From assembly GCF_009914755.1 (NCBI RefSeq), contig NC_060936.1: 64,000 bases of DNA, one strand, 5' to 3'. Each line of letters starts with the position of its first letter. Position 1 is the stretch's first letter. Origin of the DNA: the human T2T-CHM13v2.0 reference genome, Homo sapiens. Made by a program: the position numbers and the translations under genes. Under the pieces are notes generated by a model. It saw only the letters and a program-made list of their open reading frames with translations. It did no database searches and was not told the DNA's origin. Of this stretch, positions 42,911 to 57,281 are shown piece after piece.

Positions 42911-43559
42911 CAGGCATCATCATCGTCATCATCATCATCAATTATTATTATTGTTATTAATATTCCCTGTCCACCAACATCATTTCCAGACTTGCTACTC
43001 CCAGAAGATAACAGGAGAACAATTCACAGAAGACAAGATGAGCTAATAAGCCCAAGCTATTCATAGCCTCTGCTAAGAGTTTATTCTTACCAGGGCAGGA
43101 CCGCAGACCCCAGAGTAACTAACTGGGTCAAAGTTGGACCTGACCCCTCCTTTCCTGCCCCCCTCCTCAGCCCTGGCACAGGAATTATCACATCGCCCAT
43201 CGCCTCTGAAGGCCATCCCTGCTGTGAGGCTTTGATAGGGAAAGTGTGAAGAACAAAGACCATTGTTCACAGAGGCGGCTGGTGCCTCTCAGGCCCCAGG
43301 CCAGCTTCCCAGGGGTGAGGTCTGGCTCCGAAGACACAAAGACGAAAGTCATTAGGACCAGGGACAAACAATGACGGAATCTCTTCTATTTACCTGAACT
43401 GGAGGGGGCTGCCAAGTGGAAAACAATGAGGCTGAGATGCTGGACATATTCTCCCTCTGCCCTCTCGTCACTGAGTTTCTTTTGAAATAGTGGGACAGTG
43501 TATGGCCCAGGAGGCTCAGGGATTGGCTTCAGATCTGTTTCTGGAAAGAGAACATATGA

Positions 43560-44185
43560 CCGTGTTTAAGAGAGTGGGCTGGGACACCCAGCTGCCTGGG
43601 TTCCAATTCTAACTCCATCAAAATCAGCCAAGTAACTTGGGTTTAGTGACGTCATTCTCTAAACTTCAGTACCTTCAGCTGTAAAGTGGAGATAATAATC
43701 ATACCTCCCTCTCCTAAGCTGCATGTAACTGGGACCTAACTGAGGGCTTCTTATAGGATGTCAATCATTATTATCATAAATAGCAGCAGCAGCAGCTCTG
43801 TGTGGCTTTGGGCAAGTTCCCTGCCCCTTGCTGAAACTTCATATTTATATCTAGCAAATGGGAATAAGAAATCAGTTCCAGAAATCAGGTGAGAATTAAT
43901 GAGGAGATAAAAGCCGCTTGGAAACTGGAAGGCTATACCGAATTGGAAGCAAGATCTCATGAAAAATCTAGTCCTGGCTCACCTGTGTGTGGCAGTCCAC
44001 GAAACTTGGCCCACGTGTCCTTCTTCCCTGGCTACTGCCCCCATATGCAAAGGGGAGATAGGGACAGCGTCTTCCTTGCGGGGTGAGTGCCCTGAGGGTT
44101 CAAGGGGGTAACAACCCTGATAAAGCACTTAGCATGTGCTTTGTGCATATCGAGTGCCCAACACGTTACCGATTATTTTACTATT
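43560..44185 (+). mobile_element. Cluster of three MIR relics
   Basis: MIR core motifs at ~43600-43710, 43800-43920 and 43990-44180. Confidence 0.6.
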
Positions 44186-44559
44186 AAGACATTGAAGTTT
44201 TCAGTAAGGCCAGGAGCAGACATAGGGAAGTAACGAACAGAAATTAACATGCTGCCCAACCAGAATGGCTGCACTGCCCAAGCATACCCATTTTATGGAA
44301 GGAAAAACTGAGATCTGGGAGACAAAGTGGGTAGGAGAAGGAGATGCACTTCCTAATGTCCTGTGGCACCTGGTGAGTTCAGGTCTTTTTTACTGGAGTC
44401 CTTACCAGCCAGGAAAAATGGCAATGGCAGGAAATGTAGAGTGAATCCTCATCACTCCTTGATCCCAGCATCCTCACTCCTTTGCTGTCACACACCCAGG
44501 TGTTGATGTGGTTTAGAACAGACAGACATGTCCTTGTCCCTGAGTAGGGAAATCAACTC

Positions 44560-44935
44560 AGACTAGCTGAAGCCATCTCTCAGGCCTGCTTGTATTGGCT
44601 TAATTCTTAAGTAGGTGCATCTCATGGTGGCAAGATGTCCACCAGCAGTTCCCAACAGATATTCTACCAGCTCTGCAATCCCAGTGGGAAAAAAAAAAAA
44701 AGAGTTCTTCTTTCCTATTATTTCCAGCCAGAATTCTAGCATTGTTGGTTGCCATTGGACTGCCTTGAGTCTCATGACCCTGCATCTATTCCTGAGGTCC
44801 AGGAGATGAAATTTGCTGATTGACCAAACTGGGACAAGAAGTAGGTCCCTTCCCTTTGGAAGTCAAAGACTAGAAGTGAGGGAATGAATGGTATCCTGAG
44901 GGAAAATCAGGGTGCAATTACCAAGAGAGGTGAAT
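44560..44935 (-). mobile_element. Old MLT1 (J/K-like) LTR fragment
   Basis: ctcatggtggcaagatgtccaccagcag...ctgattgacca. Confidence 0.55.
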
Positions 44936-44979
44936 ATACTGACTACTTCCCTATAATCTAGTTTTTACCATTATAACTT

Positions 44980-45240
44980 TAAATATACAGAATCATAGAG
45001 CTGTACTCCTCTGTGTCTGCGTTTTTTTCTCCATACTGTGTCTGTGGGATTTATCCATGTGTTTGCATGTAGCAGCATTTCATATTTCACCACCAGACAG
45101 TATTCTACTGTGAAAATACATAGTAATTCATGTATCCATTATGCTGTGTGGGTATTTAAACTGTTTCAAGTTGTTTGCTGCTGAGAACATTCTGAGTACA
45201 ACTCTTAGTGCACATAAGGACATGTTTCTGTTTGATGGGG
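44980..45240 (-). mobile_element. Old L1M fragment
   Basis: gaatcatagagctgtactcctctgtgtctg...ttatccatgtgtttgcatgtagca. Confidence 0.6.
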
Positions 45241-45309
45241 TTATGGTGCTGGTTCAAGGCTCCTAGTTCCTTTTTAAAATTCCAAATTCCTTTCTACCAA
45301 ATTCTTCTA

Positions 45310-45475
45310 CAAGCTTAACTTCTACTCGAGTTTCTAACCTTCCAGCCTGCCCTCCAGATTATGGACTTGCCAGCCCCCATGATTATGTGAGCCAGTTCCT
45401 TGTTAAAATCTTAAGATAAATGTACACACACACACACACACACACACACACTATTGGTTTTGTTTCTTTGGAGAA
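45310..45475 (+). mobile_element. MLT2 LTR 3' fragment containing (CA)n
   Basis: ggacttgccagcccccatgattatgtgagccagttcctt...ctattggttttgtttctttggagaa. Confidence 0.75.
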
Positions 45476-46279
45476 AAGGCTCCAACCCACCTCAAACTTT
45501 ACTCTGTTAACAGGAATATACCTAGGCATCATTGATAACTTGCTTGAGAATGAGGCTTGATAAGAAAAAAAGTGGAGGTGACATAAGAAAACACTGTAGT
45601 AAAAACAAATTCAAAGAAAGGCCAAAATGACATCTTGATTTTTAAGCCTGCAAATACCTAAAAATGTCAGGAGACACTGAATGAGCACTTACTGCACACC
45701 ACATTTGTGCTTATTTTACGGATGAAGAAAACTGAGGCTCAGAAAGAGGATACGGGTCCTGTAATTTGCACAACTACTAAAAGATAAAGGTTGGATCTAT
45801 TTAACATCAAATGGATGCTCCTAACCAATAAGCTCTGCTTCCATCTCCTTTTGAAGGGGCAGTTTGGGAAACCCCTGAAGGCTAGCTTTCACCTTTGAGA
45901 TCAGTGTCTTCTTGGCGTACCTCTAGGGAGAAATATGTAGCCTCACACCCACATGTGCACCCAAAGCCATATCGCGCATTGGAGACATTGAGTAATGGAT
46001 CTAATTCTTAACCCCAATCTAATCCTAACCCTCTAGTCAACCACCCAGCAATGGCTTTAACCACCTGACTCATGGTTGCATATTTTAATGTGCAATGGTA
46101 ATAATTGAAACACAATTATCCCAAGTCTCTGCCACCAGCCAGTAGCAAGGCAAGAAGTCAACAGTTTACAGAAAGGGCTGAGACCCTCGCTCCACATTTC
46201 TGACTGCAGAACCAAGGTTGTCCTGAAGCCAAGGTTGACCTCACATGCCATCTGGTTTGCGGTTTCCAGACTCACCTCT

Positions 46280-46980
46280 GTAGTCTCACCTTTCCAGGTT
46301 GTCATCTACTCAGTGGCCAGAGGGCTTTTGACAAAACACAAACCTGATCACGTCACTTTCCTGCTCACAGTCTTTCTATGGCTCCCTATTACCTTTAGAA
46401 TAAACTTCACAGTTTGGTCTAAAAGGCCCTCCATGATCTGACTCCTGTTTATTGTTCAGGGCTCCTGTCTTATTGTTTCTTGAACTTTCTGCTCCAATAA
46501 TCCTGTATTATTTGTAGTTGCCACAAACTCGGTTTACTCTTTGAAGCCTCCATGCCTTTGCTTTGCTGTTCCCTGTGTGTGGAAAGTCCTTCCCCTATCC
46601 TGTCTTCCTGAGAGCTCCTCTTCATCCTTCAAAACCCAGCTTAAGCAACGTCATTTCCTCTGCCTCTGAAGCCTGGCCTCCCTTATGGAATTAATCCCAA
46701 CTTCTCCTGCCTACTTTATTATTGCCCAATTCCCCACTCTCATGCTTCCAATGTGAGCACCCAGGGTTCTCTGTACTTCATAGCCCTTAACACACACTTT
46801 CTCATGTGGCTTGTTTACTGCTTTGTCTTCCCAGCTAGACCTTGGCCTCCTTGAAGACAGAACCATATCTACTGTGTCCATTATCATATCCCCATTGCCA
46901 GCACAGTGCCTAGCACACAGTAGTGCTCAATAAATATGGTTGGGAAAAAAAAGGAAGAAAGAAGAGAGAGAGGAAGGGAG
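46280..46980 (+). mobile_element. L2 3' region
   Basis: aacctgatcacgtcactttcctgctc...gcacagtgcctagcacacagtagtgctcaataaatat. Confidence 0.85.
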
Positions 46981-48202
46981 AAAAGAATCAAGTGTTCTAA
47001 CTATTCTATTAGACTGTGGATTTGCATATTGATCTCTATCTTAACAGACCCAGGTACAAGTCAAGACACACAGTAGGTCTTTCATAAACATTTGCTAAAT
47101 TTAAAAAGTAGCACTGCAGATGCCCCTACAAAATCCAGCATGGCCCCACCACTTTAAGCTAGCAGCCCTCATGCCTTCATTCCCATTAGCTACAGGTTAA
47201 GAACACCCTCCAAGCTTTCCTCTTCCCCGCCCTGCAGTCAGAGTGCCTTTGTCTTCCAACACAAGACCCCTTCAGTGATTTTGTTTTTCATGGAAAAGCC
47301 AGGCAAGTTCATTACATTGTGTTCCTGCCTTGGAGATCATTGTCATTCATCCAACATCAAAGTCAGAGCCATGATCAGCTCATTTAAGACTTGTTCCACC
47401 CATATTTTCTTACAACCAGGAAATGGGGAATTTCCTTCATTTTTTAAACCATCCCAGTGAGTCTCTGCCACATGGCTTCCTTTACAAACTTTTCTTGAAA
47501 CACAAGGATGGAATCATACCTCCCTCACCACTAGTGGTCATTAGGGGTCCCAGCCTTCCTCTGATCCTTATCAAACACTTGTCCAGCACATTGTAATCAC
47601 AGTATTTTTTATTTACATAACACCTTTCTTTGGGGGCCAGGGTTGGGCTGTAAGGGAGTGAAAGCCAGATTGAAGCCTTGCATAGATTTTTGCTTCATTT
47701 ATCCTGCAAGGCTTGCAATGGTGATCTTTAATGGGAAAACATAACAAACCTCTCTAAACAGTTAGAGAGAAGGGTGATTTGCCTACAGAGCCAAGGCATG
47801 TGCCAGGATGGAAAACAGCTGCCTGACCTTCTGTGCCTTTGTTCCATGCTGGTTGTTATTTATTTCCCAGATTCGTAAGTCTCTAGGTTTGAGTTATCAT
47901 TCACTTGAGAGCTAGCAATTCAAATAAGTTCCTGTTACCCATATTCCCTGCTGAGTTTCCAATTTTTCCTCCATCAGCATCTATGGCACCATGCTCTGCT
48001 GGTTGACCTCTTACCTCCTGTCATCGGCCTTATTTGAGGATTCCTCCTCCTCCTTTGTCTTAAATGTTCTATTTCTGAGCATTCAGGTCTCAAGCCTTTC
48101 TCATCTCACTCTTGGTCATTCCATGCTCTCTCTCAGCTTTGATGGATAATTCCAAAGTCTGGAACTACAGCCCAGACCTAAATGAGCTCCAGATGTGAAT
48201 GA

Positions 48203-48824
48203 TGTGTTAGGGTAGGTTAAGCTGCTATAACGAACAATACCCAGATCTCCTGGGCTTATAACAATAAAGATGTATTTCTCATTCCTGTCACAGTCCAGTG
48301 CAAATCAGCAGGGCTAGCTCCGCTCCACATAGTCATTCAGGGACCCAGGCAGTTTCTGTATTATGGCTTTGCCATCTTCCAGGGCAGTGATTCTCACACA
48401 GAAACATTTGGCAATGTCTAGAGATACTTTTGGCTATCTGGAGGCGGAGGCAACTTGACATTTAGTTAGTAGAGTTTAGGGATGCTGCTAAATACCCTAT
48501 AATACACAAAACAGTCTCCCATAACAAAGAAGCATCTGGCCCACATTATCAGTTGAAAAAATCCGCTCTAGGATATCAGAATCCTCTACTGGATCTTCTG
48601 CATCTGGCTAGCAGGTAAGCAAGGAGAAGTCCTGGAAGATTATGTGGGAGTTTTAGAGGCCAGGCCTAGAAGGCGTATATGCTACTTTTACCCATATTTC
48701 ACTGAACAGAATTCAGTCACATGCTCTTACCTAACTGCAAGAGAGGCTGGGAAATGAAGTCTACTTGTGTGGCCAGGAGAAAAATGACCCAACTTTAGGT
48801 AAAGACATGATGTGTCCCTGTCAT
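48203..48824 (-). mobile_element. MLT1J-like LTR carrying a MER20 insertion
   Basis: ggttaagctgctataacgaacaatacccag...cctaactgcaagagaggctgggaaatg. Confidence 0.7.
48385..48565 (+). mobile_element. MER20 hAT-Charlie MITE
   Basis: cagtgattctca...acatttggcaatgtctagaga...gggatgctgctaaataccct...ttgaaaaaatccg. Confidence 0.8.
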
Positions 48825-49120
48825 AGACAGCTTAAACTCAATGTGTCCCATCCTGAGTATGTCACCTTCTCTAGGTCTCCCAAATCTCCCCTTCTTTCTG
48901 CGTAACTCACATTCGTCTACATTAATTCTCATCTGTCCTCCATTCAGATTCAATCTTATCTCCTTCCATGGACAATAACTTTATCTCAAAGGAACAACTT
49001 CCTCATGGAACACCCCCAGACCCCCAGATTATCCAAGGCCAGCTCTGGAATATCTAAGTAGTACCCAGCTGTTACTATCACATTGCTCTGTTTATTTTCC
49101 TTCATAGCGCTTAGCACCAC

Positions 49121-49156
<36 letters not shown>

Positions 49157-49190
49157 CGCGCGCGCGCACGTGCGTGCGTGTGTGTATGTA
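49121..49190. repeat. (TG)14(CG)9 compound alternating purine-pyrimidine tract
   Basis: Counted directly; sits inside an L2 3' end (~49040-49345). Confidence 0.95.
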
Positions 49191-49379
49191 TTCACTTTCT
49201 TGTTTGTTATCTATTTCCCACACTAAACTGAAGGCTCAAGAAGGGTGGGGTGCTTATTTGTCTTGTTCACTGCTATTCCCAGCACCTTGTAGAATGCCTG
49301 ACACATAGTAAGAACTCAATAAAGACTTGTCGAATAAACAAATTAATCCTTCCTGTACAAAACAGTTTGATTGGTCTTT

Positions 49380-50075
<696 letters not shown>

Positions 50076-51014
50076 TGTGTGAGGAAATCGAAGGTGGATG
50101 CATGGATATTCTGGTCAGAATCTCCATGTTCTCTGGCCATTTTCTCGAAGGAGCCAAGAACCCAACATGGTTATGCTGTGCTTTCCCTGGGATCACAGCC
50201 ATATTCACTGCAGAACCAACTGGTGCTCAGAAACATCTGCTGCTGGATCCAAATCACCAGATTGAGTGCAACTGGCAATCAATTGATTGATCACTGGAAG
50301 CAAAATGAGTGGAGGTGCCAGGTCACAGGGGAGCAGGGAACAGCCAGACCCAGCACTGCTGGCTACACCCCTGATGTCAGTCAGCAAAGGGGCTCCAAAA
50401 AGTTTAGCCGGGCTGGCCACTACCTCCTGGTCAGGGAATTCTAAAAACTTCTCTCATGCCTAACTCTTGTTAGGCACGTCAGATCTCAGCTTAAAAATGC
50501 TACTTACTCAAGGAGTCCTTCCTGATCCCCAAGACCGTGTTAGAGGTCCCAGGTATACAGGGCTCTGTGATGCCCCTTTATGGAGCAATCACTGTTGTAA
50601 GCCTGTCTGCTCCATCAGAGTGTAAGTTTTCATGGGAGCAGATCTGGGTCAGGCTTATTCTTTGCTGTATTCTCTGTATTTCCACAGTCCCTGAAACAGA
50701 GTCAGCTCTCGATATCAGTTCGGGTCCTATCAAGGAAACAGAAACCACTGTGGGTATGTGAAACTGTGGGACTTTAATGCAGGGAAGGGATTACCCAAGG
50801 GATGGAAAATCTGAGAGGCCAAGGGGATGGTGAGCGACTCAGAGGTTAACCAAAGCGGGAGTTCCTGCCACCCCAAGACTGGGGGACAGAAGGAAAAGGA
50901 GATGTGACTGAAGCCCAGAATTGGGGTCTCCTGGTGGGAAGTGGAACCACAATGGGCCTTGTGGAGACTGCTGAATACAAAAAGAAGATGCAGTGTCCTG
51001 GGACAAAAGTAAGG

Positions 51015-51378
51015 TGTATTAGTCTGTTCTCATGCTGTTAATAAAGACATACCCAAGACTGGGTAATTTATAAAGGACAGAGCTTTAATGGACTCACAGT
51101 TCCACATGTCTGGGGAGGCCTCACAATCATGGCAGAAGGCAAGGACAAGCAAAGGCACATCTTACATGGTGGCAGGCAAGGAGAGCTGGTGCAGGGGAAC
51201 TGCCCTTTATAAAACCATCAGATCTCATGAGACTTATTCACTACCATGAGAACAGCATGGGAAAGACCTGCCCCCATGATTCAATTACTTCCCACCAGGT
51301 CCCTCCCATGACAGGTGGGAATTATGGGAACTATAATTCAAGATGAGATTTGGGTGGGGACACATCAAAACCGTATCA
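51015..51378 (-). mobile_element. THE1 (C/D-like) MaLR solo LTR
   Basis: tgtattagtctgttctcatgctg...gatgagatttgggtggggacac...ccgtatca; TSD taagg/gaagg; appears nested in an older LTR relic (~50715-51540). Confidence 0.9.
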
Positions 51379-51599
51379 GAAGGGGAGAAAATACTCTGGG
51401 CATTCCCTGTCCCCTGCCCTCCAATATGTCATGAGTACCACCAGTGCAAACAAAGTGATGGAAAAGCTGGGACCTGCAGCTTGCAGAGACCAGCTCCTGA
51501 GATACAGAGACAAGCAAGAGAAGGGTGAAGAATAGGTCTGACAGCAGATGGGTTCTGGACCCACTCTTAGGAGACCTGGATGACCTTCTGCCTTGGGAC

Positions 51600-52010
51600 G
51601 GTGCATTAGTCATTAGTCATGGTGAGTGAGGTTAAACTGCAATAACAAAAACACCCCTAATTTCAGTGACCCAGAACAACAAAAGTTCCTTCCTTGTTCA
51701 TGCTACATGCAAGACCCTCAACAGGAGTGTCTGCTTGTCATTGTTCAGTGGCTCATGCTGACAAAGGCACCGTGCAGACATGTGCTTCCATGACCATTCT
51801 GGTAAGAGAAGAAAGAGCTGTAGAGATGTGCACTGGCAGTTAAGTACTTCCACTTCAAAGTTACATCTTTCACTTCTCACATGTCACTGGCCAAGCAAGT
51901 CACATGGTCATAATTAATTTTAAATGATAGGGGAAATGTAATCACCTCATATCCTCTAAAGAAGAAGAAAATTGGAAATAGAGGTGAGCAGAAATAGTTA
52001 ATGTTTATCA
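51600..52010 (-). mobile_element. Old MLT1 (J/K-like) LTR
   Basis: ctgcaataacaaaaacacccctaatttcagtg...cactggccaagcaagtcacatgg. Confidence 0.65.
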
Positions 52011-52204
52011 CAGCTCTCTTACCTGGCTCCTACCCAATTCCAGAGTGTCTGCCAGTTATTGTCACTACCTAAAACACCCCCACCTACACACAACACATAT
52101 TTCCAACTGCCTCCCTGGGGACCCATTGAGAATGATGCTATAAAATTATATTTATTTGCAATAAGAGATGATCACACTACACTGATTTTGAAAACAGCAA
52201 GTCA

Positions 52205-52410
52205 TAGAAACTTAGCACCTTAAAACAATAAGTGTATTATCTCACAGTGTCCCTGGCTAAGAAACTCAAGAGTGGCCTGACTGGGCAATTCTGTCTCTGA
52301 AGTTCTCCTGAAGTTGCAGTCAGATGTTGTTGAGGACACAGTGTCATCTGGAGGTTTGACTGGGGCTGGAGAATCTGCTCAAGATGACTCACTCATATGG
52401 CTGGCAAGTT
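52205..52410 (-). mobile_element. MLT1-type LTR fragment
   Basis: tattatctcacagt...ttgactggggctggagaatctgct...ctcactcatatggctggcaagtt. Confidence 0.7.
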
Positions 52411-52472
52411 GTTATATATACTACAGCACCATATTTTGTTTAAAAATTATGGATATCTTATATTTTTTATAA

Positions 52473-52990
52473 TAGTAGCTAGCCACCAGCATGGACCCTA
52501 AGGATCCTTGCCTCCTAATCCTTGGGTCGTCTTCATCTACATTCCCACACTATGTCAGAGTTGGTCTCTGTGATCGATAGAATATGGCACACATGATGGA
52601 GTATGACTTCAAGTCTAAATAAAAAATGTCTTTGCTGCTTCTGTTTTGCTTCCTCTTTGATCACTCATTTTGAAGGAAGCCTGCTGCCATATTGTGAGGG
52701 CACTCCAGCAGCTTATGGAAAGAAAGGTCATCCTGGTGAGAAACTGAGGTCTCCTACAAACACCTAGAACCAACTTCCCAGCCATAGGGGTGTCCAAACT
52801 TGAAAGCAGATCCTCCAGAGCCAATCAAGCTTTCAGATCAGACTGCAGTCCCAACAACATCTGACTGTAATTTCATGAGAGATCCTGAGCCACTACTGCT
52901 CTGATAAGCTGCTCTTAAATTCCTGACCAGTGGAAACTGAGATAATAAAATATATTGATTAAGTTGCAAAGTTTTTGGACAATTTTTGAG
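52473..52990 (+). mobile_element. MLT1F-like LTR
   Basis: tagaatatggc...ggaagcctgctgccatattgtgagg...aaactgagataataaa. Confidence 0.75.
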
Positions 52991-53016
52991 ATACTCATGT
53001 AGACATCTATAGGGTA

Positions 53017-53400
53017 TGCAATGGTTTGAATGTTTTCCTTACATTTCATGTGTTGGAAACTTAATTCCTAAATTCATACATTGATGTGTTTCAAGGTGGG
53101 GCCTTTGAGGAGGTCATTAGGATTAAATAAAGTCATCAGGGTGGGGCACCCAGGATGAGACTGATGGCTTTATAAGAGAAAGAGAGATCTCAACTAGCAT
53201 GCTGATTCTGTCTCGGCATGATATGCCTTCCACCATGTCGTGATACGGCAGGAAGGGCCTCACCAGACGCTAGCACCATGCTTTTGGACTTCCCAGTCTC
53301 TAGAACCATGAGCTAAACAAATTGTTATTCTTTATAAATTACCCAGTCTGTGGTTTCAGTTAGAGCAAATAGACTAAGTTATAGAAAATAGACTAAGACA
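53017..53400 (+). mobile_element. MST-family MaLR solo LTR
   Basis: tgcaatggtttgaatgt...ttcatgtgttggaaacttaat...tttataaattacccagtctgtgg...gactaagaca; TSD gggta/ggata. Confidence 0.85.
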
Positions 53401-55204
53401 GGATATATGTATATATCTTCAGAGAAAATTTTTAACAGGATAATATTATGGGAGGAGGTATTTATTTTCTTCTTAGTGTATACGCAATCTTTATGTTTTC
53501 TAAAGTGAACACATATTACTTGGAATAGAAGAGAAGACAAACAGGAAGAAGAAGAGGGAGAAAGAGAAACAGCAGCAGCACTTGGGTGATAAAGAGTCTT
53601 TTATTAGCTGCTTCAAGCACGAAAATAAGCTAGACTGTGCTACTGAGTCTGTATAGCTGCCAGTGTAGATAATTTGTTAAGGAAGATGACGGAGCCAAAG
53701 GAAGAACCTGCCAGTGTTCATCTTGGGCCTCCCCATCCAGTTAGCTCTGCTTTGAGCTGCTCAGAGAATGTGTTTGGAAGCACTGTGATGCTGGAGACCC
53801 ATGGCCTGGAAGGGGCGGGGATGTTGCATTTGGAAAACCTAAAGGTTTCTGAACTGGCAAGATATGTCAGCAAAAAGCCCTTGCCTGTCTAGACAAAAGT
53901 TTGATTTTGAATCAAAAAGGGAATGTTTGCAAATAGGAAAGCAGTTTAAGCATTTCTTTCTTCTTTGAAAATAACCATGAATTTTTAACTATCAACCCTA
54001 AAGAGAGACAGCGAGACTCCAGCAGTGACACCAGGGATTTTAATCTTGCCCACCCTCTTGGATGGATTGTGAGATGGGGCCATTTCTGAGATTGGACATT
54101 GACTCCTTGCACTGAAGAAAGAGGTTTAACAAGGCCCCAGGGCATCCAGGAGAAGAGACAGCTTTCTATAGCAAACATCTAAGGCTTGGGAATTGGCATT
54201 ACTCAGGCAGCCTGAGAAAATGATCAATTTGACTGCTGACAAAGGGAAATCACTGTGCCAAGATTTGCTGACCTTGTGGGGAAAGAAATCCATGTTGGTT
54301 CACCTGGCTCCGATGGTAAGGGTTCTTGTAGGTTGCTGTCTGAAACCACAGTTTCAGCTGAGCCTCAGGGTTCAAGGGAAGGCCTGCTCTGGATGTGGTC
54401 CCCCTGAACATTCACTGGCTCTGTTGGCTTGACCCAACCCTTGGCAGAGAAATTGAGCATTTGAGACTAAGCCGGGTGAGTAGGTTAGATTCATGTGGTT
54501 GTAAGTGATGGAAATCTGATGGAGGTTTCTTAGGTAGGAGATACTCAAAATAGCTAGGTTGGAATGTAGCTGAACTTGTGGCAGTACTAGAACAGGAAAA
54601 AAGGTCCTTGGGGACCCAGGTGGGACCTTTTCTTTACCCCTTGTTTCTGTCTCTGGCTACAGGCTGGCTTCATTCCTCTCTCTTTAACTGCAAACAGACT
54701 CCAGTTGCCTCTCCGACCTGCATAGCAGGCATCCCACTGTGCCCAGGTTTGCAGGTTATTTATTCTACCACTAAAAGGGAATGAATCAATATGCATGTGA
54801 GTGGGTGTGTATTTTATTTCCTCTCTCCTTATTCTAAGTTATCAGGGAGAAACCTCTAATTGGCACATCTTGGGTAAGGTAACTGCCATGGTCTAAACAG
54901 GATAACTAATGAGTTTGGACTTATCAGGCATACAATGGTGGCCAGGGCCCTTAGCTGGGGGTGAGGCAGTCATGACACCTTGGGGATTCTTTCCAAAAGA
55001 ATTCTGCTCCCCTATATAGGGGGCCCATGCACCAGTGTGGAGGACTGAGCTATTGTTCTCACTCCAAGCAGCTGTGAATCTGAACCTACTTGTCATTCTT
55101 TGATGCCTCTCCACACAGCACAGGTACCAGCGCTAAGATGTATTTTTATTTTTCTGTAAATCTTTTCCCCTGCTAAACTTAGCACAATGCCAATGAAATC
55201 ACAA

Positions 55205-55880
55205 GCTTAATGTGATGAGAGGCAATACCAGACAGACAGGGTTTGAATCCAGCTCTGCCACTTCCTTGCTGTGTGACCTTGGACAAGTTGATTAACCTCT
55301 CTGTACCTGTGTTTTTTTCTTTCTTTTCATTTTTTTACAAAATATTTATTAAAGTGGTACGATGTACAACTTCTTATTTGTCATTTGGAAGTCCTTTATT
55401 ATAAAAGCAATTCTTTTGTCTTTTGACAAACAGCTGCCACAGAGGTTATTCTATTTTTTTGTTTTAATTTTAGTAATTTTGTTGTTAATTTGTAATTTTG
55501 TTGTTAATTTGTAATTTTTATGGGTACATAGTAGGTGTGTATATTTATGGGGTACATGAGATGTTTTGATACAAGCATGCAGAGTGAAATAATCATATCA
55601 TGGAGAATGGGGTACTCATCCCCTCAAGCATTTATCCTTTGTGTTACAAACAGTTCAATTATGCTCTTTTAGTTTTTTTAAATGTACAATTAAGTTATTC
55701 TTGACTATAGTCACGCTGTTGTGCTATCAAATAGTAGGTATAATTCATTCTTCCCACTTTTCTTGTACCCATCCTCTGATTTTTTTAATTATTATATAAA
55801 GTAGGCATAATGGTAGTAGCTAGATTATAAAAATGTTTTGAGAATTAAACGTAGACATGCTTAATATCATGCCAGGCATT
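55205..55880 (+). mobile_element. MIR split by an L1MA insertion
   Basis: gggtttgaatccagctctgccactt...gtgaccttggacaagtt; resumes at ~55773. Confidence 0.7.
55453..55772 (-). mobile_element. L1MA (early subfamily) 3' fragment
   Basis: tgggtacatagtaggtgtgtatatttatggggtacatgagatgttttgatac...cccctcaagcatttatcctttgtgttacaaac. Confidence 0.88.
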
Positions 55881-56389
55881 AGCTAAGATGACTCTTAGCT
55901 AATAGCAGTAGCCATAGCAATGATAGTGATAGTAGTATTGCTATTGTTATCATTATCCATGTACCATATGGATATCATGACATGATATCATATCAATGAC
56001 ATGAACAAAAACACAGAATTTACAAATGACCGCCTATGTAGTTCATCTGGAAAGGAAGTGATTCCTGACATAAATTCTCCCTAGCAGGGTTCTCCACTGT
56101 TTAAAAATAAACGTTGTATAAAGCTAAGGATCTATATTTTCCAGGTCTATAGATGACAGTGTGATGAAACAAGGGGAAGGCAACTAGATGGTGTAATAGA
56201 TGGGCATGGAGGGGAGGACGAGAAGGCAGTAGAGGGTCACGGTTAAAGGACAGGCTCAGCAGTAAGGCCAACTTGAATTCAAAGCATGCACCCATAGTAT
56301 CATTTTGGACAAGTAATGTAACCTTTCTATATCTTAGTTTTCTCAATTGTAGAGTAGGAATTTTAATAATATTCATCTCTTATAAACAT

Positions 56390-57281
<892 letters not shown>

